Source of the DNA: a virus
Lineage: Duplodnaviria > Caudoviricetes
Length of the DNA: 33,805 nucleotides
IMG/VR virus record: IMGVR_UViG_3300032074_000022
Location: 1-33,805 of that record
Direction: 5' to 3' (one strand)
Each line of letters starts with the position of its first letter. Within the stretch, counting starts at the first letter, position 1. The notes under the pieces were generated by a model that saw nothing but the letters and a program-made list of their open reading frames with translations, had not been told where the DNA came from and ran no database searches. This document shows, piece by piece, positions 1-8,813 of the stretch. Made by a program: the position numbers and the translations under genes.

Positions 1-5
1 AAGCA

Positions 6-2705
6 GTGCTCCGGGTCGTTCAGCGCCCCACCCGCCTGAAGGTGGTCAAGAAGGTGCCGTCCCCCTTCTTCCACCTCCACGCCCACAGCAAGTTCAGCCA
101 CAAGGACGCGATCAGCGAGGTCGCGGACATGGTGAGCAAGGCCAAGCTGCTCGGCCAGCCTGCCATCGCACTCACCGACCACGGCAACATGGCCGGGGCG
201 GTGCAGCTCTACAAGGCCGCCACGAAGGCAGAGATCGCGCCGTTCACCGGCAGCGAGATGTACTTCGTGAAGGACCGCAACGACAAGAAGGCCAAGCGTT
301 ACCACCTGGGCCTGGTCGCCTACACGACCGAGGGCTACCAGGGCATGGTGCAGATCAGCTCGTACAGCCACCGGCGGGAGAGCTTTCACCACAAGCCGCT
401 CATCGACTGGGCTGACCTGGCCCAGTTCAAGGAGTGGGGCTGGCTCAACGGCGTCTACATCACCACCGGTTGCTTCTTCGGCCTGGTGGTGCAGACCCTC
501 ATCACCGAGGGGTACGAGGCCGCGAAGCACGTCGTCTACCGGCTGATGCAGATGGCCGAGACGGTGGTCGAGCTACAGAAGCACCTCATCGACCAGGAGC
601 CGTACAGCGAGGACGTCATCTGCGACACCCTCTACACGCTGGCGGCAGAGGTCGGTGCGCCGGTGGTGGTCACCCAGGACTCACACTATGTGGAGCCCCA
701 CGAGAAGCCCATCCACGAGAGTCTGAAGCGCCTCGTGGCGTTCGGGGACGACCCGGATGAAGCCGTCTTCCCCGGTGATGGCTTCCACCTGTGCGACGCC
801 AACTGGATGACCAAGCACCACGAGCCGCACCACATGGCTGCCAGCGACCACTTCCTGAAGGACCTGCTCGCTCAGCACTCCCTCACCATCCCCGAACTGG
901 ACGAGTACCACTACAAGATCCCGCACACGGTGGATGAGCCGCTGGCCGAGCTGCGCGAGATGGCCGAGGCCCAGTTGACGGTCGGCCCGCACTTCGAGGA
1001 GAAGACAGCCCCGAAGGCGTACTGGGACCGGCTGGAGTTCGAGCTGGACGTGCTCGACGCGACCGGGATGGCTGGCTACATCCTGCTCGTCAAGGAGTTC
1101 ACCGACTGGCTGCGGGCCAACAACATCTTCTTCCAGGCCCGTGGCTCGGCGGCAGGCTCGATGCTCTGCTGGCTGGCCGGGATCACCCCGGTCGACCCGG
1201 TCAAGTACAAGCTGCTGTTCGAGCGGTTCATGAGCAAGGACCGGACCAAGCCCCCGGACATCGACCTGGACATCGAGGATCAGCGTCGTGACGAGGCGCT
1301 GGCCTGGCTGAAGGGTCGGTTCGCCTCCTCGCAGATCGGCACCCACGCGGTGTTCGGCATCGACGAGGAGGGCAAGGGCTCGCTCATGGTCGCCTTCATG
1401 TCCAAGGCGCGGGCGAGGAACGAGGAGATCAAGACCTACGCCGACCTGCCCGACTCGATGAAGGACGAGATGCGGGTCCTCGACCGGGTCAAGCCGTTCA
1501 AGTCGGCGGGCAAGAACGCGGCGGGCATCATCGTCGTGGACTCCCGCGAGTACCTCGGCAGGGTCGTGCCGATGATGGGCATCCCGGCGGGCAACGGCTC
1601 CTTCTCCTACGTCTCCCAGTACTACAAGGACGACGTCGAGGCCCTCGGCATCGTCAAGCTGGACGCGATGGGGCTGAAAAACCTCACCGCGCTGCGGAAC
1701 GCCTACGAGATGGTCAAGGAGACCGGCCGGGACTACGGCGTGGACCTGGAGAGCATTCCGCTCAACGACAGCCAGGTGTACGCGATGATCCGCCGGGGCG
1801 AGACCTCCGGCGTCTTCCAGCTCGAAGGCGCCACCGCCCAGCGTGGCTGCCGGGAGCTGAAGCCCACCACGCTGAAGGACATCATCGTGATCATGGCCCT
1901 CTACCGGCCTGCGGTCATGCAGGAGGACGAGACGGGCATGAGCCCCAAGGACACCTACCTGGCCCGGCGTGCTGGTCGCCAGCAGGTGCCCGAGCGTCAC
2001 GCCATCCTCACCACGGCGCTGAAGGAGACCTACGGGCTGTTCGTCTTCCAGGAGCAGGTGATCGCCGTCCTGCGGGCGCTGGGCTTCGACCCGGACGACC
2101 TCACCGCGTTCCTGAAGGCGGTCAAGGCGTCCAACGGCAACATCGGCGACGCTGCCTCGGTAATCGCGGGCTACGAGGGGTTGATGCGCAGGCTGGCCGG
2201 GGAGAAGGGGATGACCGAGGACGACATCGACTTCATCTGGTCCGGGCTGCGTGGCTACGCCGCGTACGGGTTCAACCGCTCGCACGCTACGGTGTACGGG
2301 CTGACCGCCTACCGCACCGCCTACTTCAAGTTCCACCACCCGCTGGAGTACGCCACCGCACTGCTCCAGGCATGGGCTGGCCACGAGAAGGAGCCCCGGG
2401 TGGTCCAGACGGTGCGGAGCATGAAGGTCCGTATCTCCCGGCCCCACGTCAACGTGAGCGGGGCCAACTACTCCATCGACCGCAGGGCCAACGCCGTGCG
2501 CAAGGCTCTTGTCAGCATCCCCAAAGTCGGGCCAAAGGCAGCCGAGGAACTGGCGCTGCACGCCCCTTACGACTCCATCGAGGACTTGATCAAGCGGGTG
2601 GATGCCCGTCGAGTCACCGGTGGCAAGAGCTACCACAAGGATGGCTCTCTCAACGGCACGCTCGGCCACCTCCAGACGGCCGGTGCCCTGAACGGAATGG
2701 ACTGA
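6..2705 (+). CDS. dnaE: DNA polymerase III alpha subunit (DnaE-type), PHP + catalytic + HhH domains, no obvious C-terminal OB domain
   Basis: HLHAHS/TDHG/QDSHY PHP motifs, RGSAAGS, PPDIDLD catalytic motif, KLDAMGL, GVFQLE, ETYG..FQEQ, YGFNRSH; exact start uncertain. Confidence 0.95.
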   Translation: MLRVVQRPTRLKVVKKVPSPFFHLHAHSKFSHKDAISEVADMVSKAKLLGQPAIALTDHGNMAGAVQLYKAATKAEIAPFTGSEMYFVKDRNDKKAKRYHLGLVAYTTEGYQGMVQISSYSHRRESFHHKPLIDWADLAQFKEWGWLNGVYITTGCFFGLVVQTLITEGYEAAKHVVYRLMQMAETVVELQKHLIDQEPYSEDVICDTLYTLAAEVGAPVVVTQDSHYVEPHEKPIHESLKRLVAFGDDPDEAVFPGDGFHLCDANWMTKHHEPHHMAASDHFLKDLLAQHSLTIPELDEYHYKIPHTVDEPLAELREMAEAQLTVGPHFEEKTAPKAYWDRLEFELDVLDATGMAGYILLVKEFTDWLRANNIFFQARGSAAGSMLCWLAGITPVDPVKYKLLFERFMSKDRTKPPDIDLDIEDQRRDEALAWLKGRFASSQIGTHAVFGIDEEGKGSLMVAFMSKARARNEEIKTYADLPDSMKDEMRVLDRVKPFKSAGKNAAGIIVVDSREYLGRVVPMMGIPAGNGSFSYVSQYYKDDVEALGIVKLDAMGLKNLTALRNAYEMVKETGRDYGVDLESIPLNDSQVYAMIRRGETSGVFQLEGATAQRGCRELKPTTLKDIIVIMALYRPAVMQEDETGMSPKDTYLARRAGRQQVPERHAILTTALKETYGLFVFQEQVIAVLRALGFDPDDLTAFLKAVKASNGNIGDAASVIAGYEGLMRRLAGEKGMTEDDIDFIWSGLRGYAAYGFNRSHATVYGLTAYRTAYFKFHHPLEYATALLQAWAGHEKEPRVVQTVRSMKVRISRPHVNVSGANYSIDRRANAVRKALVSIPKVGPKAAEELALHAPYDSIEDLIKRVDARRVTGGKSYHKDGSLNGTLGHLQTAGALNGMD

Positions 2706-2707
2706 AC

Positions 2708-3049
2708 ATGAGCGTCCGCATCATCGAGCAGCGGTACTGCGACGTCTGCGAGGTCGACTACAGCGACAAGCCCGACTGGATGATCCTGACAGCGGCCAAC
2801 GCCCCCGCCGAGACCGACGCCCAATGGGACTTCTGCTCCTACTCCTGCCTGGTCACCTGGATCAACACTGACGAGGACGAGCAGGAGAACCCCAACGGGG
2901 AGCAGGAGGCCGAGAACACCATCACCGTCTCGGACAACGCGCCGATCCTTCAGCAGCACAGCATCGCGCCGGTGCAGGCACCTCGTCCGATCATGAGCCT
3001 GGCCGACGCCATCGCCTCCGGCACCCTCGACTTCAGCCGGAAGCAGTGA
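2708..3049 (+). CDS. Hypothetical protein with CxxC...CxxxC Zn-binding motif
   Basis: ATG 2 nt after the dnaE stop; YCDVC...DFCSYSC. Confidence 0.7.
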   Translation: MSVRIIEQRYCDVCEVDYSDKPDWMILTAANAPAETDAQWDFCSYSCLVTWINTDEDEQENPNGEQEAENTITVSDNAPILQQHSIAPVQAPRPIMSLADAIASGTLDFSRKQ

Positions 3050-3474
3050 AGATCAGTGATGCCGCACGAGAGGCCGTCCATCGCCGTTCAGGTGGTCGAT
3101 GCGAGGTCGTGGTCGACTACGAACGTATTCGCGGCCGGTGCTGCCGAGAAGCCCAGGAGGTCCACCACCTCCTCACCCGAGGCCGGGGCGGTGGTGCGTT
3201 GGACCAGGTTGGCGAGACGTACCACCTCGCTGATCTCTGCCGCGAGCACCATCGCCTGGCCGATGGCGCAGCGGCGTACGAGTCCGGGCTACTCATCGAC
3301 GGGTACGCCACCTTCGACAGACTCTTGGGGAGGCCGGTCTACACGGGCACTGACCCGTACCTGACCAAGCACTATGGCGCTGAGCAAGCTGGTGAAGGCC
3401 CGGAAGTCGGAGCTGATCGTCACCCCGGTGCACGAGGCATGGCTGGCCCAGAACAGCAACGTGGAGCTGCGTGA
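3046..3474 (+). CDS. HNH endonuclease-like protein
   Basis: GRCE...EVHHLLTRGRGG...LADLCREHH; GTGA overlap with the upstream gene. Confidence 0.75.
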   Translation: MKISDAAREAVHRRSGGRCEVVVDYERIRGRCCREAQEVHHLLTRGRGGGALDQVGETYHLADLCREHHRLADGAAAYESGLLIDGYATFDRLLGRPVYTGTDPYLTKHYGAEQAGEGPEVGADRHPGARGMAGPEQQRGAA

Positions 3475-4150
3475 CGAGGTAGCCGACTTCGTCCGCAACG
3501 AGCTGCTGGCCAAGCAGCGCAAGCGATCACAGACCTGGTCCAGCTCCTCGCTGGGCTACTGCGAGCGCAAGCACGTCTACCAGTACATGGGGGCGGCGAA
3601 GGAGCGGCAGCCGGACAGCGACCTGGCCAACATCTTCATCCACGGCACCTGGACCCACCTGAAGTGGCAGGCGATGGGCTTCATGGCGACGTGGCTGGGC
3701 CAGGCCGAGGTGCCGTGCGCCATCCCGGAACTGGGCTACACCGGCACCATCGACGGCATCCTGGCCGATGGCGAGACTGGTTGGGAGCTGAAGTCGATCA
3801 ACGAGCGCGGCTTCAAGTTCGTCCTCCAGGACGGCATCAAGCTGGAGCACAAGCGCCAGATCACCGGCTACATGCTGGCCACCGGGCTGCGCCGGTGGTC
3901 GGTGATCTACGAGGAGAAGAACACCCAGGAGTACAAGGAGTTCGTCTACGAGTATGACGAGACTCTCGCTGACAGCGTGCGGGACGAACTTGCTAGGCTG
4001 AACCAGCACGTAGCTACGCGCACACTGCCGGTGATGCTCCCCGACTGCGCGGAGAAGAAGAACAGCACCTACAAGCAATGCGCCTACCGGGACCTGTGTG
4101 CCACGGACAGGTGGCCTGGTCCCACACTCACCATCAGGAGGAAGTCATGA
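3374..4150 (+). CDS. Cas4-like / PD-(D/E)xK exonuclease
   Basis: N-terminal Cys (GYCERK), GTWTH, GTIDG...WELKS, QITGY, three C-terminal Cys (C..CAYRDLC). Confidence 0.85.
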   Translation: MALSKLVKARKSELIVTPVHEAWLAQNSNVELRDEVADFVRNELLAKQRKRSQTWSSSSLGYCERKHVYQYMGAAKERQPDSDLANIFIHGTWTHLKWQAMGFMATWLGQAEVPCAIPELGYTGTIDGILADGETGWELKSINERGFKFVLQDGIKLEHKRQITGYMLATGLRRWSVIYEEKNTQEYKEFVYEYDETLADSVRDELARLNQHVATRTLPVMLPDCAEKKNSTYKQCAYRDLCATDRWPGPTLTIRRKS

Positions 4151-4515
4151 GCAGCATGAGCGACGAGGACTGGAAGAAGTCGGTGTCGGTCACCCTCATC
4201 AACGCCGACCCGAAGCCGCAGCCGGGCGAGACCAGCCGCGAGGTGCTGGACACGGCGAACGACATCATCCACGGCGAGCGCGCCCAGTCCTACGGTCCGG
4301 CCGAGGACAGCTTCGCCCGCATCGGTGAGCTGTGGACCACCCACCTGTCCCACAAGCTGCCCGAGGGCAAGCGGATCGACGCCTACGACGTGGCGATCAT
4401 GATGACCCTGATGAAGTGCGCCCGAGCCCAGACGGACGTCAAGATGGACACGATGGTTGACATCGCGGGTTATGCCGCGCTGGCCATGCGTTGTGCCGAG
4501 AAGGCAGGTCGGTGA
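4147..4515 (+). CDS. DUF6378-like phage protein
   Basis: A.DIIHGERAQSYG...F.RIGELW...DVAIMM.LMK.AR...D..VDIAGYA pattern; ATGA overlap. Confidence 0.7.
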   Translation: MSSMSDEDWKKSVSVTLINADPKPQPGETSREVLDTANDIIHGERAQSYGPAEDSFARIGELWTTHLSHKLPEGKRIDAYDVAIMMTLMKCARAQTDVKMDTMVDIAGYAALAMRCAEKAGR

Positions 4516-4667
4516 TGCAGCACGAGATCCAGCAGAAGATCGACGCGATCATGGCCAACATGGTGACGATGCGTCGCTCCCTGAAGACCATGTCCGACGC
4601 CTACGAGCAGTCCGCGATCAACATGGTCCGACTCCAGGCCCTGCTGAAGGACGAGGAGCACCACTGA
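4515..4667 (+). CDS. Small coiled-coil hypothetical protein (50 aa)
   Basis: MQHEIQQKIDAIMANMV...; TGATG coupling at both ends. Confidence 0.65.
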   Translation: MQHEIQQKIDAIMANMVTMRRSLKTMSDAYEQSAINMVRLQALLKDEEHH

Positions 4668-4909
4668 TGGCCAAGCGCCCCAAGGCCCCACAGTGGGTCA
4701 GTGTCACCAGCGTGGTCGCGGAGGAGGCGCTCTACCGCTACCCCGAGGCGTACCAGGAGTCCATCCGGGAGAGGATGTTCACCCAGTTGCTCATCGAGAC
4801 CACCCGGAAGAACTTCAAGTGGGTGGGCTGGCCGGAGTTCGAGAAGGAGACCAACCACGACTTCGGCGGACAGCGGTGGGAGCTGGGTGTGTGGGCGGTG
4901 CCCGCATGA
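4667..4909 (+). CDS. Hypothetical protein
   Basis: MAKRPKAPQW...; stop/start coupling at both ends. Confidence 0.7.
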   Translation: MAKRPKAPQWVSVTSVVAEEALYRYPEAYQESIRERMFTQLLIETTRKNFKWVGWPEFEKETNHDFGGQRWELGVWAVPA

Positions 4910-5136
4910 GCTACGGCGGCTTCGAGGGTGCGGTCGAGCGCAAGTTGTCTGACATCCTCCTGCACCTCAACGGGATCAGGACGGACTACGCCCGGCTGAC
5001 CCACGAGGTGATGCAGACCAACACCTACCTGGCCGACATCCGGATCGCTGCGGTGAAGTCCGCCTCCGCCCTGGACGCCATCTTCTCGATCTTGTACAAG
5101 GAGGCCGACGATGCTGACGGTCACGCTGACGTCTGA
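4906..5136 (+). CDS. Hypothetical protein
   Basis: MSYGGFEGAVERKL...; ATGA overlap. Confidence 0.65.
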   Translation: MSYGGFEGAVERKLSDILLHLNGIRTDYARLTHEVMQTNTYLADIRIAAVKSASALDAIFSILYKEADDADGHADV

Positions 5137-5404
5137 TCCGGAGACCAGCGAGGAGGACCTGCGGCAGAGCCAGAAGGACGTGCTCTACGCGATGAAGGTG
5201 CTGGGACGCGGCACCGATGAGCGGCTGCTCTGGTGCTACAAGATCATGGCGCAGAAGGGCTTCGTCAGCAGGCAGGCCGACTCGCGCATCCGCACCCGGC
5301 GTCAGGAGCTGGTCCGCGCCGGACACATTCAGAGAAGCGGCCAGCGGGAGCAACTCCCGGATGGTCGCATGGCCATCGTGTGGGAGCACAAGTCATGGGC
5401 CTGA
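5111..5404 (+). CDS. Probable winged-helix DNA-binding protein
   Basis: GTDERL...SRIRTRRQELVRAGHI...G...LPDGRMAIVW; GGAGG ribosome-binding site upstream. Confidence 0.6.
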   Translation: MLTVTLTSDPETSEEDLRQSQKDVLYAMKVLGRGTDERLLWCYKIMAQKGFVSRQADSRIRTRRQELVRAGHIQRSGQREQLPDGRMAIVWEHKSWA

Positions 5405-5781
5405 GCATTCGCAGGACGTTCGCGCAGAAGCTCACCGATGTGCCGGTGGGCGCGGGGCTGCCACCAGCCGACGAGATCAAGGACGAGCTGCTGGAGTACG
5501 TGGACGTGCTGCTAGGCCGGGTGGACCCGCCCATCGACGCGGGGTTGATGACCCGGCACGAGGTGGCGCTGGCCTACTACGCGCGAGCGTGTGAGCTGGA
5601 GATGCGGATCCATGAGCAGGAGCGGATCGGCAACATCGTGCGGGGGTCCGACCACTACCGGCTGCGCACCGGCGCGCTGAGGACGTTCATCGAGATGTCC
5701 GGCAAGGTGGTGGCGGCAGGGAGCAGGCAGCTCACCCACGAGCAGTTGCTGTACCAGATGCAGAAGGACGCCGGAGCCTAA
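5395..5781 (+). CDS. Hypothetical protein
   Basis: MGLSIRRTFAQK...; typical codon bias; TAATG-coupled to the next gene. Confidence 0.7.
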   Translation: MGLSIRRTFAQKLTDVPVGAGLPPADEIKDELLEYVDVLLGRVDPPIDAGLMTRHEVALAYYARACELEMRIHEQERIGNIVRGSDHYRLRTGALRTFIEMSGKVVAAGSRQLTHEQLLYQMQKDAGA

Positions 5782-6317
5782 TGATCATCGGGATCGACCT
5801 GAACAGCCGCAGCGTGGCGATGAGCTACCTGTACCCGGACGGTCGGTTCCACGGATTCCAGAGCTTCACCAGCAGGTTCAAGGACCGGGCTCAGATCCTC
5901 GGTGCCCTCTACGACTGGACGCGATACCAGATCGCCCAGGAGGACGAGGTGTACGTGGAGAGCCCGGTCCTTGCCGGTGTGCGCAACATCCAGTCCACGA
6001 TCAAGGTCGCGGCAGCGTACGGGGCGGTACTGGCCGCTGTCGATCTTCGACACGCCACAACCCATGAAGTGCCGGTGTCTTCGTGGAAACTTGCCACAGT
6101 GGGCAAGGGAAATGCATCGAAAGATGACGTGTCGCGTTGGCTTCACACACAGCATCCTGATGTGCACACAGAGTGTTCAGGCGATCAGAACCTGATGGAC
6201 GCTCACTGCGTCGCGCTCTACGGACACCAGGACTGGAGTAAGCGGCTCAGTGAGCGACAGCTTCTACATCAAGCCCCGCCAGCGGCACCTGCTGGACACG
6301 GGCGTCGTCGAGACTGA
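5781..6317 (+). CDS. RuvC-like Holliday junction resolvase
   Basis: MIIGID, VYVESP, VPVSSWK..VGKGNASKDDV, NLMDA. Confidence 0.85.
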   Translation: MIIGIDLNSRSVAMSYLYPDGRFHGFQSFTSRFKDRAQILGALYDWTRYQIAQEDEVYVESPVLAGVRNIQSTIKVAAAYGAVLAAVDLRHATTHEVPVSSWKLATVGKGNASKDDVSRWLHTQHPDVHTECSGDQNLMDAHCVALYGHQDWSKRLSERQLLHQAPPAAPAGHGRRRD

Positions 6318-6759
6318 TCAGCCGCTCCAGCCGTTCACCGGCCGTGACCACTCCGGCTCGGCGATGTCGTCCGCCATCGACTTCTGGATGACCCACGACC
6401 ACCCCGCCTGGCAGGAGCACGGGGTGTGCCGGGACATGGACCAGTCGATCTTCTACGGCGACGAGGACCGCACCGGCAAGGCCCGGCACCACCCGAACCT
6501 GACCGTGGACGAGGTGGCGCGGGCACGACGCATCTGCAACAACTGCCCGGTGCAGATGAACTGCCTGGAGTTCGCCATCGTCAACCGCGAGGAGTTCGGC
6601 ATCTGGGGCGGCTCCACGGCGGGCCAGCGGAAGCGGTGGATCAAGACCTACGAGGCCAGCCTCAACGTGATCGAGCTGGACCCGAACACCTACGACGAGG
6701 TGTACGGCGGCTCCTGGGAGTACGAGCAGGACGACGACAGCCTGGAATCAGTGAGCTAG
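6250..6759 (+). CDS. WhiB-family Fe-S transcription factor
   Basis: W...GVC...IFY...ARRICNNCPVQMNCLEFA...EFGIWGG; four Cys plus G[IV]WGG; start may be downstream (e.g. 6388). Confidence 0.92.
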   Translation: MSDSFYIKPRQRHLLDTGVVETDQPLQPFTGRDHSGSAMSSAIDFWMTHDHPAWQEHGVCRDMDQSIFYGDEDRTGKARHHPNLTVDEVARARRICNNCPVQMNCLEFAIVNREEFGIWGGSTAGQRKRWIKTYEASLNVIELDPNTYDEVYGGSWEYEQDDDSLESVS

Positions 6760-6768
6760 GGAGAAGCC

Positions 6769-6996
6769 ATGAGCCCTCAGGACGAGCAGCCGCCCACCAT
6801 CCACTTCCGGGGATGGGACCTCGTCCTGGGGGATGAGCTGTACGGCTGGCACCGGCACCGGGGGATGTACGTGCTGGGCACCATCATCCTGTTCGCGGGC
6901 TGCCTGTGCGTGTCCACCGCCGAGGGCGTTTACCCGCTGAGCTACATCGCCATCCACCGGGTGAGCAAGCAAGCTGGGCAACTTACTAGTGGGTAG
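6769..6996 (+). CDS. Hypothetical protein
   Basis: GGGAG ribosome-binding site, 75-aa ORF. Confidence 0.55.
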   Translation: MSPQDEQPPTIHFRGWDLVLGDELYGWHRHRGMYVLGTIILFAGCLCVSTAEGVYPLSYIAIHRVSKQAGQLTSG

Positions 6997-7035
6997 GTGT
7001 AGCTACACCGTGATGTGTGGGATAACGTCATACAC
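6996..7035 (+). promoter_or_regulatory. Candidate promoter/operator
   Basis: Palindrome GGTGTAGCTACACC (6996-7009), -10-like TAACGT (7023-7028), GTCATACAC box (7027-7035) also seen at 10895. Confidence 0.5.
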
Positions 7036-7082
7036 ACGGACGAACACCCACAGTGACCAGCCACGATGATCAAGGAGAGCGC

Positions 7083-7232
7083 GTGAACATCCGGGACTTC
7101 ATGAGCAAGCGGGAGAAGTCCGCGACCTTCACCCCCAAGAGCCGCATGAGCTGCGAGTGCGGGAAGGTCTGCCTGCCCGGTCCGATGAAGAAGCACACCA
7201 ACGCCAGCGGGCACCTGGCGGTGTACCTCTGA
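7083..7232 (+). CDS. Small C2H2-like Zn-finger protein (49 aa)
   Basis: AAGGAG site; CECGKVC...KKHTNASGH; TGATG-coupled to the next gene. Confidence 0.65.
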   Translation: MNIRDFMSKREKSATFTPKSRMSCECGKVCLPGPMKKHTNASGHLAVYL

Positions 7233-7489
7233 TGAAGAAGCCGTCCGACCTGGTCATCGACGTGCTGTGCTTCGGGCTGGAGAGGTTCAACCGGTGGCAC
7301 TGCGGGAAGACCACCCCGGGCCACGCATATGACGCCGAGCTGCTGCTGGGCGGGGATGAGACCACCTACGTGCTGGACCCGGTGGTCAAGTGCAGCTACT
7401 GCGGCTACCCGCTGCCGGAGAAGATATACAACGCCTTCGTGGAGAACATCCGGCTCACCCACGAGGAGCCGGACGCCGAGCTGTGGTGA
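7232..7489 (+). CDS. Hypothetical Zn-binding protein
   Basis: MKKPSDL...HC...H...KCSYCG. Confidence 0.65.
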   Translation: MKKPSDLVIDVLCFGLERFNRWHCGKTTPGHAYDAELLLGGDETTYVLDPVVKCSYCGYPLPEKIYNAFVENIRLTHEEPDAELW

Positions 7490-7617
7490 GGCACAGCGAC
7501 GGGAAGCGCCGGTACCAGGTGGCGTCCTACGTCTGGTTCGTGCTCGCCTCGTTCCTCGTGCTCGCCGCCATCTGCCTCGGCTACTACTCACTGCTGCACC
7601 TCGGAGGAAGCAAGTGA
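7486..7617 (+). CDS. Small membrane protein
   Basis: GTGA overlap; hydrophobic VWFVLASFLVLAAICLGYY. Confidence 0.6.
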   Translation: MRHSDGKRRYQVASYVWFVLASFLVLAAICLGYYSLLHLGGSK

Positions 7618-7787
7618 CTGCCCACGGCGTACTGCCCACCACCAGCCTGTGCCGCTCGTGCAAGCGACTGAAGCCAAAGAAGGACTTCGTCTGGGAGCAC
7701 GCCACCAGGCTGTACTGCTCGCACGGCTGCGCGGTGAAGGCCGCCTGGCTGTTCGAGTCGGTACCGTCTCCGAGGCGTGGCGCTTAG
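7614..7787 (+). CDS. Small Zn-finger protein
   Basis: CRSC...YCSHGC. Confidence 0.6.
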   Translation: MTAHGVLPTTSLCRSCKRLKPKKDFVWEHATRLYCSHGCAVKAAWLFESVPSPRRGA

Positions 7788-7852
7788 AGACGAGGACTGG
7801 GTCGCGGTGTTAGACATCGCTATCTTCCTGATCTCAGCCCTCTGGAGACCAC

Positions 7853-8008
7853 ATGTGCCTCGAAAGCGAACTCCTCAGCCGGGTGCTGAGGCAGACCAAC
7901 GTGGTGCACGCGATGGGCGTGCACTGGCTCATCGTCAACCGGGACGTCATTCGGCTGTCTGAGTCCGAATGGGAACACATCAACACCATCGCGGAGGAAG
8001 AAGCATGA
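7853..8008 (+). CDS. Hypothetical protein
   Basis: GGAG site; MCLESELLSRVL...; ATGA overlap with the next gene. Confidence 0.55.
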   Translation: MCLESELLSRVLRQTNVVHAMGVHWLIVNRDVIRLSESEWEHINTIAEEEA

Positions 8009-8073
8009 GCTGGACCCTGATCTGGCAGATCATCATCCTGTGCATCGCCTTGCGCATCATCTGGGGACGGTAG
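8005..8073 (+). CDS. 22-aa single-helix membrane peptide
   Basis: GGAGG site; MSWTLIWQIIILCIALRIIWGR; fills the gap exactly. Confidence 0.5.
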   Translation: MSWTLIWQIIILCIALRIIWGR

Positions 8074-8075
8074 CC

Positions 8076-8333
8076 ATGAGCATCCGCGCGGTGCTGGCGT
8101 GCAACGGCGAGCAGGCCCACGAGCGGTGTCGCCAGGCCGTGCCGGTGGGTGAGGTGCTCACCGCCTCGCAGGCCCGGCACGAGGCCAAGACCATCTTCGG
8201 CTGGTCGTCGGCGGTGGAGAACGGGACGGTGAACGACTACTGCCCCTCGTGCACCAAGCGCCGGACAGAGGCCGCGAGCAGGCCCACCTGTCGGTGCATG
8301 GACAAGAACCACGGGCTGGTGAGGTTGTGGTGA
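8076..8333 (+). CDS. Hypothetical Zn-binding protein
   Basis: LACNG...RC...GW...DYCPSC. Confidence 0.65.
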   Translation: MSIRAVLACNGEQAHERCRQAVPVGEVLTASQARHEAKTIFGWSSAVENGTVNDYCPSCTKRRTEAASRPTCRCMDKNHGLVRLW

Positions 8334-8434
8334 GCCAGTACATCTTCGGGGTGCTACTCGGCATCCCGGTCGGTATCAGCATCAGCGAACTCATCCGGAG
8401 CGCCAAGATCAGGAACGACTGGAGGAAGAGGTGA
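8330..8434 (+). CDS. Small membrane peptide
   Basis: MSQYIFGVLLGIPVGISI...basic tail; GTGA overlaps. Confidence 0.55.
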   Translation: MSQYIFGVLLGIPVGISISELIRSAKIRNDWRKR

Positions 8435-8529
8435 CCAACTTCGCCTCATACCTCACCGGCGTGCTGTCGGGCTTGGGCCTGTCGTTCGTCGCACTCGGCG
8501 TCTACGAGAAGACCAGGGGACACAGATGA
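8431..8529 (+). CDS. Small membrane peptide
   Basis: GGAGG site; MTNFASYLTGVLSGLGLSFVALGVY; coupled at both ends. Confidence 0.55.
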   Translation: MTNFASYLTGVLSGLGLSFVALGVYEKTRGHR

Positions 8530-8813
8530 AGGACTGGGCGTATGACATGACGCCGGAGATCGAGCTGGACCTGGTGCTCTACGGCGTGGCCTACACCGAC
8601 GAGAACGGGGAGCGTATCGACCCCACCACCGTGGTCTGGCCACCCGAGGAGGTGATGGCCGAGGAGTTCGGGATCGATACCCGCACTCTGGAGGACCCGC
8701 TGCCCCCGGGTACGCGGGTAGAGGTGCACACTCTGGACGGCGGCTACCTGGTCATCCCGGTGGAGGACGAGGACATCCCGCTCTGCCCTATGGCACCGTA
8801 CGAGAGTGAGTGA
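8526..8813 (+). CDS. Acidic hypothetical protein
   Basis: 95-aa ORF, ATGA overlap. Confidence 0.65.
   Translation: MKDWAYDMTPEIELDLVLYGVAYTDENGERIDPTTVVWPPEEVMAEEFGIDTRTLEDPLPPGTRVEVHTLDGGYLVIPVEDEDIPLCPMAPYESE

Noticed and set aside
681-2669. Long minus-strand ORFs (also 14576-16075, 21166-22839, 25024-27045, 27870-29255, 30331-31674)
   Set aside because: Antisense shadows of high-GC coding genes; no motifs or translation signals.
3374-4150. Cas4-like gene as evidence of a CRISPR system
   Set aside because: No repeat-spacer array or other cas genes seen; solo Cas4-like nucleases are common in phages.
6975-7005. GGCAAC / GTAGCT words recurring near promoters (also ~10874, ~12736, ~23617)
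   Set aside because: Too short and inconsistently spaced to distinguish from chance.
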